Of a stretch of 64,000 nt of DNA, positions 41,397 to 56,180 are shown in pieces. Position 1 is the stretch's first letter, and each line of letters opens with the position of its first letter. Both the position numbers and the translations under genes were made by a program. The stretch is from Octopus vulgaris (taxonomy: Eukaryota). The stretch is taken from NCBI GenBank assembly GCA_951406725.2, contig OX597822.1, positions 74,462,001 to 74,526,000 of the forward strand, read 5' to 3'. The notes beneath the pieces were generated by a model that did not search any database, had not been told where the DNA came from, and was given only the letters and a program-made list of their open reading frames with translations.

Positions 41397-41429
41397 GCGG
41401 AGGCTAACATACTCCAGTGTAATTGTATG

Positions 41430-41855
41430 TAATAACACCAACTGATAGGATTAGCTAAATCCTTTTAAAGTCAAGTTTCGTGGTATCATGGTCTATTCAT
41501 GTAGGGAGTTCTAGTTGAGTGAGTTGTATCCAGGCATAGATGGCTTATTTGGTATTCCTTGAAGAAATTTGTCCCTATTCCGTTTAAAGGTGATCCTTTT
41601 CCTCTTTGATCAGTTTTGGGACAATGTTAAACAGGGAAGGGCCTGTTGAGGAAAAGAAATTGTATCGCAGTGTACCTATACGTTGTGATCCTGAATTGGG
41701 CAGGGGACGTATGGCCCGTGGTCCCAGTCTTGGATGAACCTTGAAGCTAATGTTCAGGTCGTTTGGGCAATGCTGGCGGTATATTCTCCACATCATGCAA
41801 ATGATGTACAGCTCGCGGCGGCGCTGGAGAGCATAGAGTTTCAAGGCTTTTCCCA
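41430..41855 (-). pseudogene. CR1-like LINE 3' fragment
   Basis: LKLYALQRRRELYII..MWRI ... GPSLFNIVPKLIK, typical of the post-RT region. Confidence 0.7.
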
Positions 41856-42145
41856 ACTTTGACTCTCCATAAATCCTAAATTTTATTTTAGAATTTATGG
41901 AAGCTACTATCTTTGAAGACTCATATTATCGCTTGACTGCTCAAAATGAGGAGTAGATAGACAACCGACAACTGGTGAAGGGTCCTTTCTCTGTGTTAAC
42001 TTGTCCTGTTTTCCTTTTTGTTTTGTTTACGTATTTCACCCTATAATTACGTTTTTGTCCTATAATTACTGTCCACGTCTTGTATCTGTCTCTCATGTGT
42101 ACGTTATTTGCACCGTTAGTGACGTCCTGTACCCATATATGCATG

Positions 42146-42194
<49 letters not shown>

Positions 42195-42208
42195 AATATT
42201 ATATTATA

Positions 42209-42311
<103 letters not shown>

Positions 42312-42657
42312 TAAAGGAAAAGAGAGAACACTGTATTCTTGCTTCGAGGTATGAGGGCCTGACAGTCAATATTAGAGCTGTTACACCACCAATAATGGTG
42401 AAGGGTTGTGCAGGACCAGCGTAGCATGATCTGATTCCGCAGGCGAAAGGACGGATATCACCTGAGGAAACTGCGGTTGTACAATTATGTAAAGTTATGT
42501 AGTACTATACTATTATGTATTGTTGACTAAATAATTACGCATCTAAAATGCGTGAAGCTATGATTTTAGTTGTCCATTATTTTTTATAATAAATATATAT
42601 GTAATGATATATAATTACTTATATAAAGATAAACAAAACTGCATACATACATATATC

Positions 42658-42765
<108 letters not shown>

Positions 42766-43240
42766 AGGATATAAGTGTATGTTTTTGTGTGTATATGAGT
42801 ATGTTCATGCGTGCCAACGTTTGTGCTTGAGTATATATTCAAAATCAGGACAATCTGGGACAGGCTTGTAAATAACGATGCAGGTATGAACAGGATGTGT
42901 AATGATTACACAAGTCTGACGTATACAATTCTTTAATCAGACAGGTGGATAGCATTATATATAAATATATAAATATATAAATATAAATATATACATATAT
43001 ATATGTATATATATATGTATATATATGTATATATATATATGTATATATATATATGTGTATATATATATATATGTATATACATTTATATATATGTATATAT
43101 ATATATATGTATACACACATACATATACATACATACATATATATATGTACATGTACATACATATATATATATATATACATACGTACATATATATATATAT
43201 ATATATACAAACACGTATATATATGTATATATACATACAC

Positions 43241-43382
<142 letters not shown>

Positions 43383-44054
43383 AACATACACCCAAACACA
43401 AGCGCACGCGCTCACATACACACACGCACACGCACATACACACACGCACACACGTACACATAAGGCGGATGAGTGGAAAGGTGCGCCTTTGTTTACTTGT
43501 ATCTGTCTGTGCGCACGCGCATTTGTGTATCTGCTTGCTCATACTCAAGGTGTCTGAACGCAATCATCTCTTTTATCTACGGAACCCATATCGAAACGGA
43601 AGAACTACTGATTATTAACTAATTAATTAATTAATCAATTAATTAATTTACTGGTTACTTAGACACCTAATTAGCTTCCTTCCTTCTCTACAAATACTTT
43701 CCCCATACTTACCTAAATCTCAAGCCAAGAATACTTTGCCAGTTGTGTCTTTATTCCTCTATTTCTCTAATTAAGACGTCTGTTATGAACGTAACTCTAT
43801 GTATATACAATCTACATAGTTTATACCGAGGTTTTGTATAGTCTCACTCACTCTCAACTTCTCTTTCTCTCTTTCTCCCTCTCTCGTTTGTATATAATTA
43901 TATATTTTTTCACTTGGGGATGATGTTTTTTTTTTAAAGTCTTAAAATAAAGGTTATTTTCCCTACTTATACGAAATTCTTCATCGACTTTTAATACAAG
44001 AATTGGTTACTATCAAAATAAATTAACAAGTCATAGCTCTAATATATGTAAATA

Positions 44055-44612
44055 TTGGGTTGTCCGGAAAGTTCGTGCCGATTTTTAAAGGAAAGGAAAA
44101 CGTCAATAAATACTTGCCATTACAATCAACCAAATATGAACCATTTTGTTGCACAATGCATCTCCATCATTCCTTTAACTTGAATATACCCTCTTCCCTA
44201 AATTGAGGTGGTTTCATAGCAAAGAATTCATCAAGGTATCTTTTTACGTCATCCAAGGAATTGAAATTTTTACCATTAAGGCTATTCTGCAGGCCTAAAT
44301 AAGTGGAAATCGGAAGGAGCAATATCTAGTGAATATGGAGGGTGAGGTAACACATCCCAGCCGAGCTGCAGCAATTTTTGTCTGGTTCCCAAATCATCAA
44401 GTGCCGAAAATGAACTTTCTTATCTTCCATTTTAAAGGGTTACAGAATTAACACAGGTTATAGGAACATAAACCTTCTTCCACGAAAAGAAAGCTTAAAC
44501 TGTGCTCTAAATGGAGGTGTAGTCAAATCATATTTTATGAACCCAACCATGTTCTAAAATAAATCGAAAGGTAAGTTACTATAAATCGGCACGAACTTTC
44601 CGGACAACCCAA
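44055..44612 (-). mobile_element. Internally deleted mariner (DD34D-type)
   Basis: Perfect ~30-bp TIR TTGGGTTGTCCGGAAAGTTCGTGCCGATTT with TA flanks. Minus strand LGWDVLPHPPYSLDIAPSDFHLFR. Confidence 0.93.
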
Positions 44613-45079
44613 TATATATATATTTCTCCGCGTTCGCCACCTCACCTCGTTTAGGCTCAGCAGCCATTCCTGTTTGTTTTCACTATCCTGTTTTTCTTAC
44701 CAATTCTGACTCTCAGCAAAATCCCAAATTTTATTTAATTTGCTTTGCGGGAGCAACTGTTTTATCGAAGGCGTATCTTGTCGTTGAATTGCTCGAAATA
44801 CGGATCAGAAAAACAGCCGATAACTGATGAAGAGTCGTTCGTTATGTTACTTGTCTTGATTTGCATTTGTTTCTTTCGTTGTTGCAATAAAAAGTTCATA
44901 TTCCTTGTATTCGTATTTCGTATCTCATGTTTTCGTTTTATTTTATATTGTTTACGTTCCGTGACGTCCTGTGCCCACATATGCATATCTATATACGTAT
45001 AGATGTATGTACATATACGTATGTATATATGCATATATAATTTATTATTACTTATATACATACATACATACATACATAT

Positions 45080-45147
<68 letters not shown>

Positions 45148-45454
45148 GCGCAAATTGGCACGTAGGTGCAAAACAAGATGGTAAAAAAGGACCAGTCGAA
45201 TACAGAAGGTAAAGCAAAATACTATTTTATTAAAGCTGGAAAAAAAACCTTCACAAACAGGGCTTACTCCCTTATATATGTATGTGTGTGTGCGCGCGAC
45301 GTCGATGGATGGATGGATGGATTTGTGCGGTTAAGGAAGTTCGCTTCCTAATCACGCGGTTCTAAGTTTAGCTCCACCCACATTAAGCCAGGGACCAGTC
45401 TCACATCATAACTAGAGCACTTCTGCATTAGACGCTCTCAATCTTTTTTCAATT

Positions 45455-46231
45455 ATTCTTTTCTACTCCAGGCAAAAGGCCCGAAATTTTGGGGGAGGGG
45501 GCCAGTCGATTAGATCGAAAGGATGAAAGGCAAAGTCGACCTCGGCGGAATTTGAACTCAGAACGTAAAGACAGACGAAATACCGCTGAGCATTTCACCC
45601 GGCGCGCTAACGATTCTTATTTGTTTATTACCCACAAGGGGCTAAACATAGAGGGGACAAACGAGGACAGACAAAGAGATTAAGTCGATTACATCGACCC
45701 CAGTGCGTAACTGGTACTTAATTTATCGACCCCGAAAGGATAAAAGGTAAAGTCGACCTCGGCGGAATTTGAACTCAGAACGTAAAAACAGACGAAATAC
45801 CTATTTCTATTTCTTTATTGCCCACAAGGGGCTAAACACAGAGAAGACAAACAAGGACAGACAAACGGATTAAGTCGATTATATCGACCCCAGTGCGTAA
45901 CTGGTACTTATTTAATCGACTCCGAAAGGGTGAAAAACAAAGTCGACCTCGGCGGAATTTGAACTCAGTACGTAAAGACAGACGAAATACCTATTTCTAT
46001 TTCTTTATTGCCCACAAGGGGCTAAACACAGAGAAGACAAACAAGGACAGACAAACGGATTAAGTCGATTACATCGATCCCAATGCGTAACTGGTACTTA
46101 TTTAATCGACCCCGAAAGGTTGAAAAACAAAGTCGACCTCGGTGGAATTTGAACTCAGAACATAAAGACAGACGAAATGCCGCCAAGCATTTCGCTCGGC
46201 GCGCTAACGCTTCTGCCAGCTCGCCGCCTTA
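45455..46231 (-). mobile_element. SINE family A head-to-tail tetramer
   Basis: Reverse complement of the same units: three tail X units followed by an internally deleted tail Y unit. Confidence 0.9.
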
Positions 46232-46905
46232 ATCTTTTTCAATTATTGGCGTACTGGAAACATAAATAAAAGACTTACTGGTTCGCTTCGCTTAGAGTTA
46301 AAATAAAATGACTATATATGTTACGTAAGTTAGCAATGTGAAAAAAAAACATTAAAAAAATATTGCTTCCCTTGTTTATTAATCCTACTTATGTATAATA
46401 AAAATGTGATCAACTCATATTTCAAGATGCTTAAGTATCTATAATATTGTACAGCATGTCACGACTTTTTCTTCCAGTGTAATTCTTTTGATAGTCTTTA
46501 ACTATGGAACGAAATCAAGGAGATAATGGCATTTTTTTGAAGATATTATTAAGTTGGTGCATAATTATTGCTTTTTTTTTTTTTGCAACAAATTATAGTC
46601 AACTAAAACAACAACATGTAACAAAAACATCTTTAAATGATTATTCCGGGGTATATTCACTATCTACTTCAATTACTGCTTCCCATTTGCTTGGCAGACG
46701 GTCAGACCGTCATTTAAAGATGTTTTTGTTAAATATTGTTATTGTTTTTGTTGAAAAAAAGCCGTAATAATTATGCACCAACCTAATAAAACATAATCTG
46801 TTGTTAAACTTTAACAACCTTTCGGATTTAGTTCCACTTCGCGGTACTTTTGGCCATGTCTTGTGGGTGAATTTAATGAACGGAGACTGTGTAGAAGCCC
46901 GAAGG

Positions 46906-46938
<33 letters not shown>

Positions 46939-46953
46939 TGTGAGTGTGAGTGC

Positions 46954-46984
<31 letters not shown>

Positions 46985-47713
46985 CATGCGTGCGTGCATG
47001 CGTGCGTGCATGCGTGCGTGTGTGTGTCTGCGAGCATGTGCGTGTCTTAATGTTTGTCCCTGGACCGCTTGATACGAGGTGTTGGTTTGTTTGCGTCTCC
47101 GTAATACCGTTAGAAAAATTACCGAACTTGAAAAAAAAAGTACTGAAATTGATTTGATCGTCTAAAACAGCAGTTCTCTACTACAGCTCCCAGGGCTGCA
47201 TGCGGCCCTCAAGTATTCTTCTGGTGGCCCAGCATGGCCGCAGCCCAATGACGGAAACGAGTAAAAGATTAAAATAGTAAGAGAATATCCGTCTTTTACT
47301 TGTTTCAGTCGTTTGACTGCGGCCATGCTGGAGCACCGCCTTGAGTCGAAGAAATCAACACCAGAACTTATTCTTTGTAAGCCTAGTATATATTCTATCG
47401 GTCTTTTGCCGAACCGCTAATTTACGGGGACGTAAACACACCGACATCGGTTGTCAAGCGATATTGGAGGGACAAACACAGACACAAATACATACACACA
47501 CACACACAGATATAACACACACACATATAGTTGAAATTTACGGAAAAACAAAGGATAAAGACAGCCGTATAAACAACAAGAAGTTGTATTAGTTTGACGC
47601 TCGGGAAGGTGACAAAGTCTTTTACGTTTCGAGCCTACGCTCTTCAACAGAAAGGAATACGAGGAAATAAACACAGAGAGAATTTTAAAAAAACTTGCGG
47701 ATGTAGCGGTCAG

Positions 47714-47780
<67 letters not shown>

Positions 47781-48388
47781 ACGGGCTTCTTATAGTTTCT
47801 GTCTACCAAATCCACTCACAAGGCTTCGGTCGATCCGAGGCTAGAGCAGAAGACACTTGCCGAAGGTGCTACGCATTGAGACTGAACCCGGAACCATGTG
47901 GTTGGGAAGTAAGCTTTTTTACCACACAGCCACTCCTGCGCCTGTGTGTGTCTATTTGTAATGTAACAAGAAAGAAAGCAAGCAAGCTTTGAGTTCATAT
48001 AATAATAGATTTATAAATATGAAAGTATGTACTATGATGTTACACAACCCTCTACGCTATTGTCGTCGTTGTTGCTGTTGTTGTTGTTATTGTTGTTGTT
48101 GTTGTTGTTGAATCGTTAACGTATAATGGCGGCCAAGTATTAAAATATTCATTCGGTGGCCTTGCTCACAAATATTGTTAGCTAAATAGTTGTAGATTTG
48201 CAATATGGAAAAGAAAAAAAAATGGTTTTATTCCTCATATTCTATTCGTATTCATTTCATCAATATTTTGAATCAAATATGAGATCTTGTTAAACGTTTC
48301 CTGTTTACAAAATATATGCGCATGCGTACGTGGCTACCCTGTGCGTCTGCGTGCGCGATTGTGTTTGTCTGGGTGTGTATGTGTGTGT

Positions 48389-48426
<38 letters not shown>

Positions 48427-49074
48427 AGAAACAAAACAATTAATTTGGATAAAAGAATTAATTACGTTTTTAATGCCTTTTTTTTATTGTTGACTGATTT
48501 GGATAGCTTTTTTTTCTTCTTGTTTTTGGCGGGTGGAACTGAGAGCGACGGATGGCAGAAATTAGAGGAGCGTTTTGATAAAAAGAAAATCACCGCGTGC
48601 TGTTTAGTAGTAGTAGTAGTAGTAGTAGTTGTTGTTGTTTTGCCCTTCCTCCTTGGTCACTCCTGTTTCACCAGCTTTATGATCAAAAGCGTTCCAGGCG
48701 TGACGAAATCGTTTCATACATTTATATTTTCTTTTCCCTTCTTTTTTGCATTTTTTTTTTTTTTTGCAGCCATACAGGCGCAAGTATGGCTGTCTGGTTA
48801 AGAAGCTCGCTTTGCAGCCACGTAGCTTTCAGGTTCAATCCCACTGTACAGCACCTTAGGCAATTGTCTTCTATTATGCCCCGAGGCCGACGAATGCTTT
48901 GTGAGTGAATTTGGTAAACGAAAACTGTGTGGAAACCCGCTGTATGTGTGTACACAATATGAATGTGTGCCTTTGTGTTTGTGCTTGCGTTTCTTTCCTA
49001 CACCGCTTGACAACCAGTGTTGGTTTGTTTATGTCCCCGTAGAGAAGCGATTCGGCGAAAGAGTTCGATAGAAT

Positions 49075-49111
<37 letters not shown>

Positions 49112-49968
49112 TCCAACACCGCTTGATAACCCGGTGTCAGTTTGTTTACGTCCCCATAACTTAGCGGTTCGGAAAACAGAGGCCGATACAGTTAGTACCC
49201 GACTTCAAAAAACAAAAACAAAAAAAAACAAGTACTGTGGTCAATTTGTTTGACTATACTGTTCAAGGCGGTGCCCCAGTATGACCGCAGTCCAATGGAG
49301 GATACAAGCAAAAGGCCTACCACAGCGTTTTATGCGGGAAGCCTCGGAAAATATTTAAGTATTTAAACAATTAAAAATAAAGAAAGTCACCCATGCATAC
49401 CAGCCTCTCCTCTCCACACCACCGTTGCTATCCAAGCGAAAGGCAAAGGGGCCGATACAGCTTGGCTCCAGTGACGTCGCAACTCATTTCTACAGCTGAG
49501 TAAATTGGAGCAACGTGAAAGTAAAGTTTCTTGCTCAAGACCACAATACGCAGCCATGTCTGCGAACCGAACTCACTACCTCATGATTGTAAGCCCGATG
49601 TTCTAACTACTGAGCCATGCGCCTTCACTAAATACCTTATTAAATTTCATTGACTGTCCTTATTTAATAAATTGGGTTGTCAGATAAATTCGTTCGTTTC
49701 TTCCCAAAGCTGTTAGAATTAACAGGAAAAGTATATTTTTTTTAAGCCCTTTTCTTCTTCAACGGGGAAAGCGCGTGGTTTAGTGGTTAGTGTTCAGTTC
49801 ATGATCGTAGGGTCGAATTTGCCTTTTGTCCTTTCGGGGTGAAAAAAATAAGTACCCGTTGAGCACTGGAGTCAATGTATTTGACAAATCCCCACCTATA
49901 GCTAGAAAAGGTTGTTACTATTATTATTATTATCATTGTTGTTGTCGTTGTTGTTGTTGTCGTCGTCG

Positions 49969-50000
<32 letters not shown>

Positions 50001-50007
50001 ATTGAAT

Positions 50008-50549
50008 GAGTGAGAGAGCAGTGCATGCCATCAAAGTGACACTGGGGTAAAATATACGAAACCCAGTATACCCATCATGACAACCCGTCTGATAAGGGTA
50101 CACTAGGCACATGCATCACAACCATATGTGCGCGACATGGTGATCTCATATCAAGAAAAGCAGCACCTGACCTTGCTGGTGGGGCCCAGTTAGAACTTTC
50201 TTCTGGTCGAGTAACCCATCCCGCTCGAAAGGTCCCCGAATAAGGGTTGTTTAAGGATGTTGGACGAAACACCCATGTTTCCAGAGGTGAATTATTCAAA
50301 CCCTCAAAGAATTGCTCTCAACATATGGCTATGATGCTCCCCCACTACTTCTGCTCATGATCAGAGGTGCACATATCGTCAGCCACTAAGAGACATGCTT
50401 AACTGGTTACGGTCAAACAACTGACAAGCAAATCTGTGGTATTGAGCAGAATATTTGCTGTATCCCATCTTTTATACCAAGACAAGCACTTCGGATCACT
50501 TAAGATCAGAAGCCATGTGAGCCACTGCCTGGTACTGTATCAGGGCATT
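50008..50549 (-). mobile_element. ~560-bp element, copy 4
   Basis: Near full length, with TTA/TTG tracts on both sides. Confidence 0.88.
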
Positions 50550-50620
50550 ATTATTGTTGTTGTTGTTGTCGTCGTCGTCGTTGTTGTTGTTGTCGTTGTT
50601 GTTGTTGTTACTATTATCAT

Positions 50621-50838
50621 TGCCTTTACACAGCTTCTAGCGCTAGAGATGTACTACGGTGTCAGCTGCTCACTACCAGTGAACTAAGGTAATACCCCTT
50701 ATTTTTCGAGCACCTTCGGGAGTATTCGAGCTGTTCCAAGCAGTGCTGTTTTCTGCAAGAGCTCCACCCTTATTGCAGACCCTATTTGTTCCATGTACTT
50801 CTCAAGATTTTTACTCACTGTTCCCAGGGCTCCGGCAA
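50621..50838 (-). pseudogene. R4/Dong-clade extreme 3' fragment (second subfamily)
   Basis: KNLEKYMEQIG..VELLQKTALLGTARILPKVLE*, with TAA-type tracts at both ends. Confidence 0.75.
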
Positions 50839-50854
50839 TTATTATTATTATCAT

Positions 50855-51400
50855 TTAAGACGTCGCACAGTATACAATATTGTGAGGTTGTTGATTGAAG
50901 ACATTGTGTCTACCGGAGGTTTGTACTGTCTGTCAAGTCACAATAAGGATCTCAGACAGACAGTACTTTACACAATATGCGTCCAGTTCCAAGTAATGCC
51001 GATTTTTGCAATACATCTAGATTGTGGGGCATTTTTAAAGTTTCCAGATATTTTTCAGGTTGGGTGGTATTTAACTCAATGCTCCGATTTTAATAGGGAC
51101 AACCCTTGTGCTTGACTCTCGTAGCTGCCACATCTTGGCGATCTCAATTCTCAAGTCACCATATTTATCAATCTTTTCTCTTTCTTTCATGATAATATGT
51201 TAATTTCCTGGCACCGCCACGTCGATTATCAAGCACTCTTGTTTGTCCCTCCTAAAGGTTACTATATCCGGCTTTCGGCGCTCTAACACCTTGTCTGTCT
51301 GGAAGTCGAAGTCCCAGAGGATTTTCGCCTTCCCTCTTTCGTTCATTACCTTTTCCGGTGTATGTTGGTACCAAGCAGTAATTACCTCGTATCCATGCAT
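50855..51400 (-). pseudogene. R4/Dong-clade RLE fragment (third subfamily)
   Basis: WYQHTPEKV..AKILWDFDFQTDKVLERRKPDIV..ECLIIDVAVPG ... LQKSALLGTGRIL. Confidence 0.88.
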
Positions 51401-51716
51401 CCGGCATAGTAGCTAGTAAAGGTTTTGCGCTACCTTGTCGATTATTATCATTATTATTATTAAGAAGGCGGCAAGCTGGCAGGATCGTTAGCACACCGGG
51501 CAGAATACTTAGCGGGATTTCGTCAGTCTGTACATTCTGAGTTCAAATTCCGCCGAGGAGGACTTTGACTTTCATTCTTTTGTGGTCGGTAAATTAAGTA
51601 CCAATTGCGTACTGGGGTCGATCTAATCGACCGGCCCCTTCCCCAAAAATTTCGGGCCTCGTGCCAAGAGTAGAAAAGGATTATTATCATCATCATCATT
51701 ATTATTATTATTTATT

Positions 51717-52306
51717 GAGCGAGAGAGCAGTGTATGCCATCAAAGTGATAATGGGGTAAAATATACGAAGCCCAGTATACCCATCATGACTACCCGTCTG
51801 ATAAGGGTACATTAGGCATCACAACTATATGTGCGTGACATGGTGATCTCATATCAAGATAAACAGGGCATAACCTTGTAGGTAGGGCCCAGTTAGAATT
51901 TTCTTCTGGTCAAGTAGCCCAAACCACTCAAAAGGTCCCTGAATAAGGGTTGTTTAAGGATGTTGAACGAAACACCCATGTTTCCAAAGGTGGATTATCC
52001 AAACCTCTAAGAATCCCTCTCAACACATGGCTATGATGCTCCCCCTCCCTCCACACACACTACTGCTCGTGATCAGAGATGCACATTTCGTCAGCCACCA
52101 AGGGACATACTCAACTGGTTAAGGTCAAACAGCTGACGAACAAATCTGTGGTACTGAGCAGAATATTTGCCGTAGCCCATCTTTTATACCAAGACAAAAC
52201 AATGTACATGATAACACTTCCAATCAGTTAAGATCAGAAGCCACGAGAGCCACTGACTGGTACTGCATCAGGGCATAGTCACTGCCTGGTACTGCATCAG
52301 GGCATT
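51717..52306 (-). mobile_element. ~560-bp element, copy 5, with a ~29-bp terminal duplication
   Basis: CACTG(A/C)CTGGTACTGCATCAGGGCAT occurs twice at ~52250-52306. Confidence 0.88.
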
Positions 52307-52854
52307 TATTATTATTATTATTATTATTATTGTTGTTGTTGTTGTTGTTATAATTTGATGGTCAGTGCAAAACTAGGTGCACTGCTAGTTTAATAAATAA
52401 TTTACAGTCAGCAGCGACAATAATGGCAACGACACCAGCAAAAGCAACAATAACGGAAAAAACAATTATTAATCTGTAATGTGTGTGCGCGAGTGTGCGC
52501 GTGTGTGTGAGTGCGTGTCTGTATGTGTGTGCGTGTGTGTGTGTGTGTGTGTGCTGGCTAGACATGTAAATATTTATGGGAAACGTTTCGTTAAATGTTT
52601 GTTTTGGTAATGGTCGGAGGAGGTCAATTGAACGTTGTTGCTGATGATGATGATGATAATGATGATGATGATGATGATGATGGCAGCGGTAATGGTGGTG
52701 GTGGTGGTGGTGGTGGTGGTCAGGATGTCGCAGTGATGGCTGTTGCTGCTGCTATTAATGCTATGGGTGCAGTTGTTGCTGTTTTTGCTATTACCTTTGT
52801 TGCTGCTATTGTTGTTGTTGCCACTGTTATTAGAGTTCTCGTTGAAGATGCTTT

Positions 52855-52901
<47 letters not shown>

Positions 52902-53122
52902 CACACACACACACACACACACACACACTCGAATGCATATTTTTGTAAAGCATTGATTCTTAGACCATCTATATATATATATATATATAATTAGTGTACA
53001 TTTTTATACATAAAAGAGGTGAGCCTAACAGGACACCTTACATGCTAAAAGGAGCAGTCAAAGCCAAACCACAGTTAAGAGTAGTTTTCTTTATAAACAC
53101 ACACACACTCACACACACAGAC

Positions 53123-53187
<65 letters not shown>

Positions 53188-53486
53188 CAGAGAGAGAGAG
53201 GGACGTTATGAGAGGTAATGGTGTCACTGAGACCCAAAGGTGTCAGGTAATGCTGAATAAGTGCTATGGATAAGACCATAGTTAAGTTCCAGGTTCGGTG
53301 ATTATACGAATAAGGGGTTCAACGTTGGTCATATGTCAGCGTGTGTATATAAAAAAAATTTTCGTTATGAGGTAAAAAAAAATGCAACGCTGTGTAGATT
53401 TTAGAACATTTGTAGATGGAAGGTCTATCTATAAATGTTCTAAAATCTACACAGCCTTGGGTTTTTTCTCTCATTACGAAAAAAAA

Positions 53487-53558
<72 letters not shown>

Positions 53559-53567
53559 CGTGCGTGT

Positions 53568-53865
53568 GGAGGCGCAATGGCCCAGTGGTTAGGACAGCGG
53601 ACTCGCGGTCGGAGGATCGTGGTTTCGATTCCCAGACCGAGCGTTGTGTGTGTTTATTGAGCGAAAACACCTAAAGCTCCGGCAGAGGGTGGTGGCGACC
53701 CCTGTTGTACTCTTTCGCCCCAAATTACTCCCACTCTTTCTTCCTATTTCTTGAGTAACGCTGCGATGGACTGGCGTCCCGTCCAGTTGGGGGGAACACA
53801 TACACCATAGAAACCGGGAAACCAGGTCCATGAGCCTGGCTAGGCTTGAAAAGGGCGCATAAATA

Positions 53866-53870
<5 letters not shown>
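53568..53870 (+). mobile_element. SINE family D, tail type 2 (V-domain-like)
   Basis: Same head. The 3' part is CTGCGATGGACTGGCGTCCCGTCCAG...GAAACCGG, ending in (ATAA)n. Confidence 0.8.
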
Positions 53871-53899
<29 letters not shown>

Positions 53900-53903
<4 letters not shown>

Positions 53904-54131
53904 TCAGTAAAAAACATAAATCTGAAAGAAGAAGCAGACTCTAAGATATAGAGCAGTATATGTTAAAAATAGGGAAGGCCAGTTTATGGGATTACCTTAG
54001 GGTTCCTGTCCATAAAGGGTTTAGCTTTATGGCATATCGTCAGAGGGTCAACAGGTTTTGGGACTTGATGATACAACATAAAGCTAAACCCTTTATGTGC
54101 GGTGAATCTAAGGTAATCCCATAAACCGGCC
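53900..54131. mobile_element. Head-to-head pLTR-like pair with two decayed hammerheads
   Basis: Imperfect inverted repeat at 53977-54131. Cores are CTGACGA..GGAAC (minus) and TTGATGA..GAATC (plus). Same family as 60055-60197. Confidence 0.7.
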
Positions 54132-54527
54132 GCGATTTTTTTTTTTTTTTTTTGCACGAGAGTTCCCGAGCCCAGTAATGAACTCATTTGCATACAGCCA
54201 ATCGGAGCTCACCTTGACCTTGTTATCAAGTTAACAAACACACTCCACCGAGTAAATTCAAAACGAAGAACAGTGTTGTAAGTCGATCGATTGGCCAAGT
54301 TATGCCTGATTTTAGAAGGAGACAAGTAATTAGATAGATTTGCATTTGTACCTATAATCGGATTTCGTGAGGGCCCCATTATGGTGAAGATGTGGATGGG
54401 AATAATGTGGGCAGAGGGTAATGTGTTAGCAACCCTCTCCCCTTACAGTTTTATAAAGTAAACAACGACACAAATAACTACACAGAGGCAGCCATGGTTG
54501 AAACAAGAACAAGAACAAAAAGTATTA

Positions 54528-54668
54528 TAAGGTTGTCCCAAAAGTTCGTAGAAAGTCTTGGAAAATAATGGTCTTTATTTTGAGGAATAATTTTTGTTGT
54601 TTTTGTTAGTACTTGGCGAGTAAAAATTCAATTTTCGCAAGTGTTTACGAACTTTTGGGACAACCTAA
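54528..54668. mobile_element. 141-bp mariner-type MITE
   Basis: TIR AGGTTGTCCCAAAAGTTCGTA / TACGAACTTTTGGGACAACCT with TA flanks. Confidence 0.88.
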
Positions 54669-54850
54669 TATTAAAAGAGAAAAGAAGCAAAGTCATTCCT
54701 TACTTAAGTGACCTTATCTTATCGCCCATCGCTTGTTATACGCTCCATAAGTTAGTTAAGCTTTGATTGGTTGTATGCAAAAGAGTTTATAACTGGGATC
54801 CGGAACTCTCGTGGGGAAAAAAATTTCGCAAACCGGCCTTCCTCATTTTT

Positions 54851-54929
<79 letters not shown>

Positions 54930-55003
54930 TCATACATACATACATACATACATACATACATACATACATGCATACATACATACATGTGTGTGTGTGTGTG
55001 TGT

Positions 55004-55428
55004 GGAGGCGCAATGGTCCAGTGGTTAGAACAGAGGGCTCGTGGTTGTAGGATCGCGGCCGGAGGATCGCGGCCGGAGGATCGCGGCCGGAGGATCGCGG
55101 TTTCGATTCCCAGACCGGGGCGTTGTGAGTGTTTATTGAGCAAAAACACCTAAAGCTCCAAGAGCCTCCGGCAGGGGATGGTGGCGAACCCTGTTGTACT
55201 CTTTCACTACAACTTTCTCTCACTCTTTCTTCCTGTTTCTATTGTACCTGTATTTCAAAGGGGCAAGCCATGTCATACTCTTTGTCATGCTGAATCTCCC
55301 CGAGAACTAGATTAAGGGTACACGTGTCTGTGGAATGCTCAGCCACTTGCATGTTAATTTCACAAGCAGGCTGTTCCGTTGATTGGATCAACTGGAACCC
55401 TCGTCGTCGTGACCAACAGAGCGCCGAC
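55004..55428 (+). mobile_element. SINE family D, tail type 1, with a 14-bp internal tandem amplification
   Basis: Same head, with GGATCGCGGCCGGA repeated just before the B box. Confidence 0.85.
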
Positions 55429-55651
55429 CGCGTGTGTATTCTAATATATTGATTTTACAAACTGTAACCTTGAATATAGAATATATGTATGTATATTATT
55501 ATATATTATTATGTATATGTGTATATATATATATATATAGGAGCATGGGTATATGCACTCATATGTATGTGTATATTATATATTATGGGTATGTACCCAC
55601 TCTTGTATGGGTGTACCTCCTCTGATATTCATATTTAGATTGTACTTTATA

Positions 55652-55778
55652 ATCTCTGAAGAGGCCTTGGGGTATTTTTGTAAGTGTCTCATTTATAACC
55701 ACGTTTTAACTTATCACACCTGGCTAATATGAGCATAATGAGATACCCATATCTACATGGCTGAAACAGCTGTAAGAT
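55652..55778 (+). ncRNA. Type I hammerhead ribozyme with extended stem II
   Basis: ATCT-CTGAAGA-GGCC(~92 nt including GGGTAT/ATACCC)GGCT-GAAAC-AGCT-GTA-AGAT, with palindromic stem III ACAGCTGT. Confidence 0.78.
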
Positions 55779-56097
55779 GTAGTTTATATTTATATTTATA
55801 TATATTTATTTATACATATTGTACTTATTGTATTATATTACTCATTGATGTGCATTGTTTTGTTCTGTTTGACCTTGATGTTCATATGTAGTGGGTTAAT
55901 AAATTATGTGATTGGGTATTATCTGGTAGTTGATTATTGATTAAGGTGTATTTCTCCATTTTCTTATTTTGTATTATAAATTTGTGGTAAAACATTTTAA
56001 CTTCGCCCATATTAATTGCATCGTAATTCTTAACATTTATGTATTAACTTTGTTGGGTGCTTTACTGGCAGTATATTGGATATATGTTATCTCAATT

Positions 56098-56174
<77 letters not shown>

Positions 56175-56180
56175 GTGTGT

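Noticed and set aside
53568-53640. Functional tRNA genes at SINE heads
   Set aside because: A and B boxes are present, but there is no clean acceptor stem or terminator, and they continue into repeat bodies.
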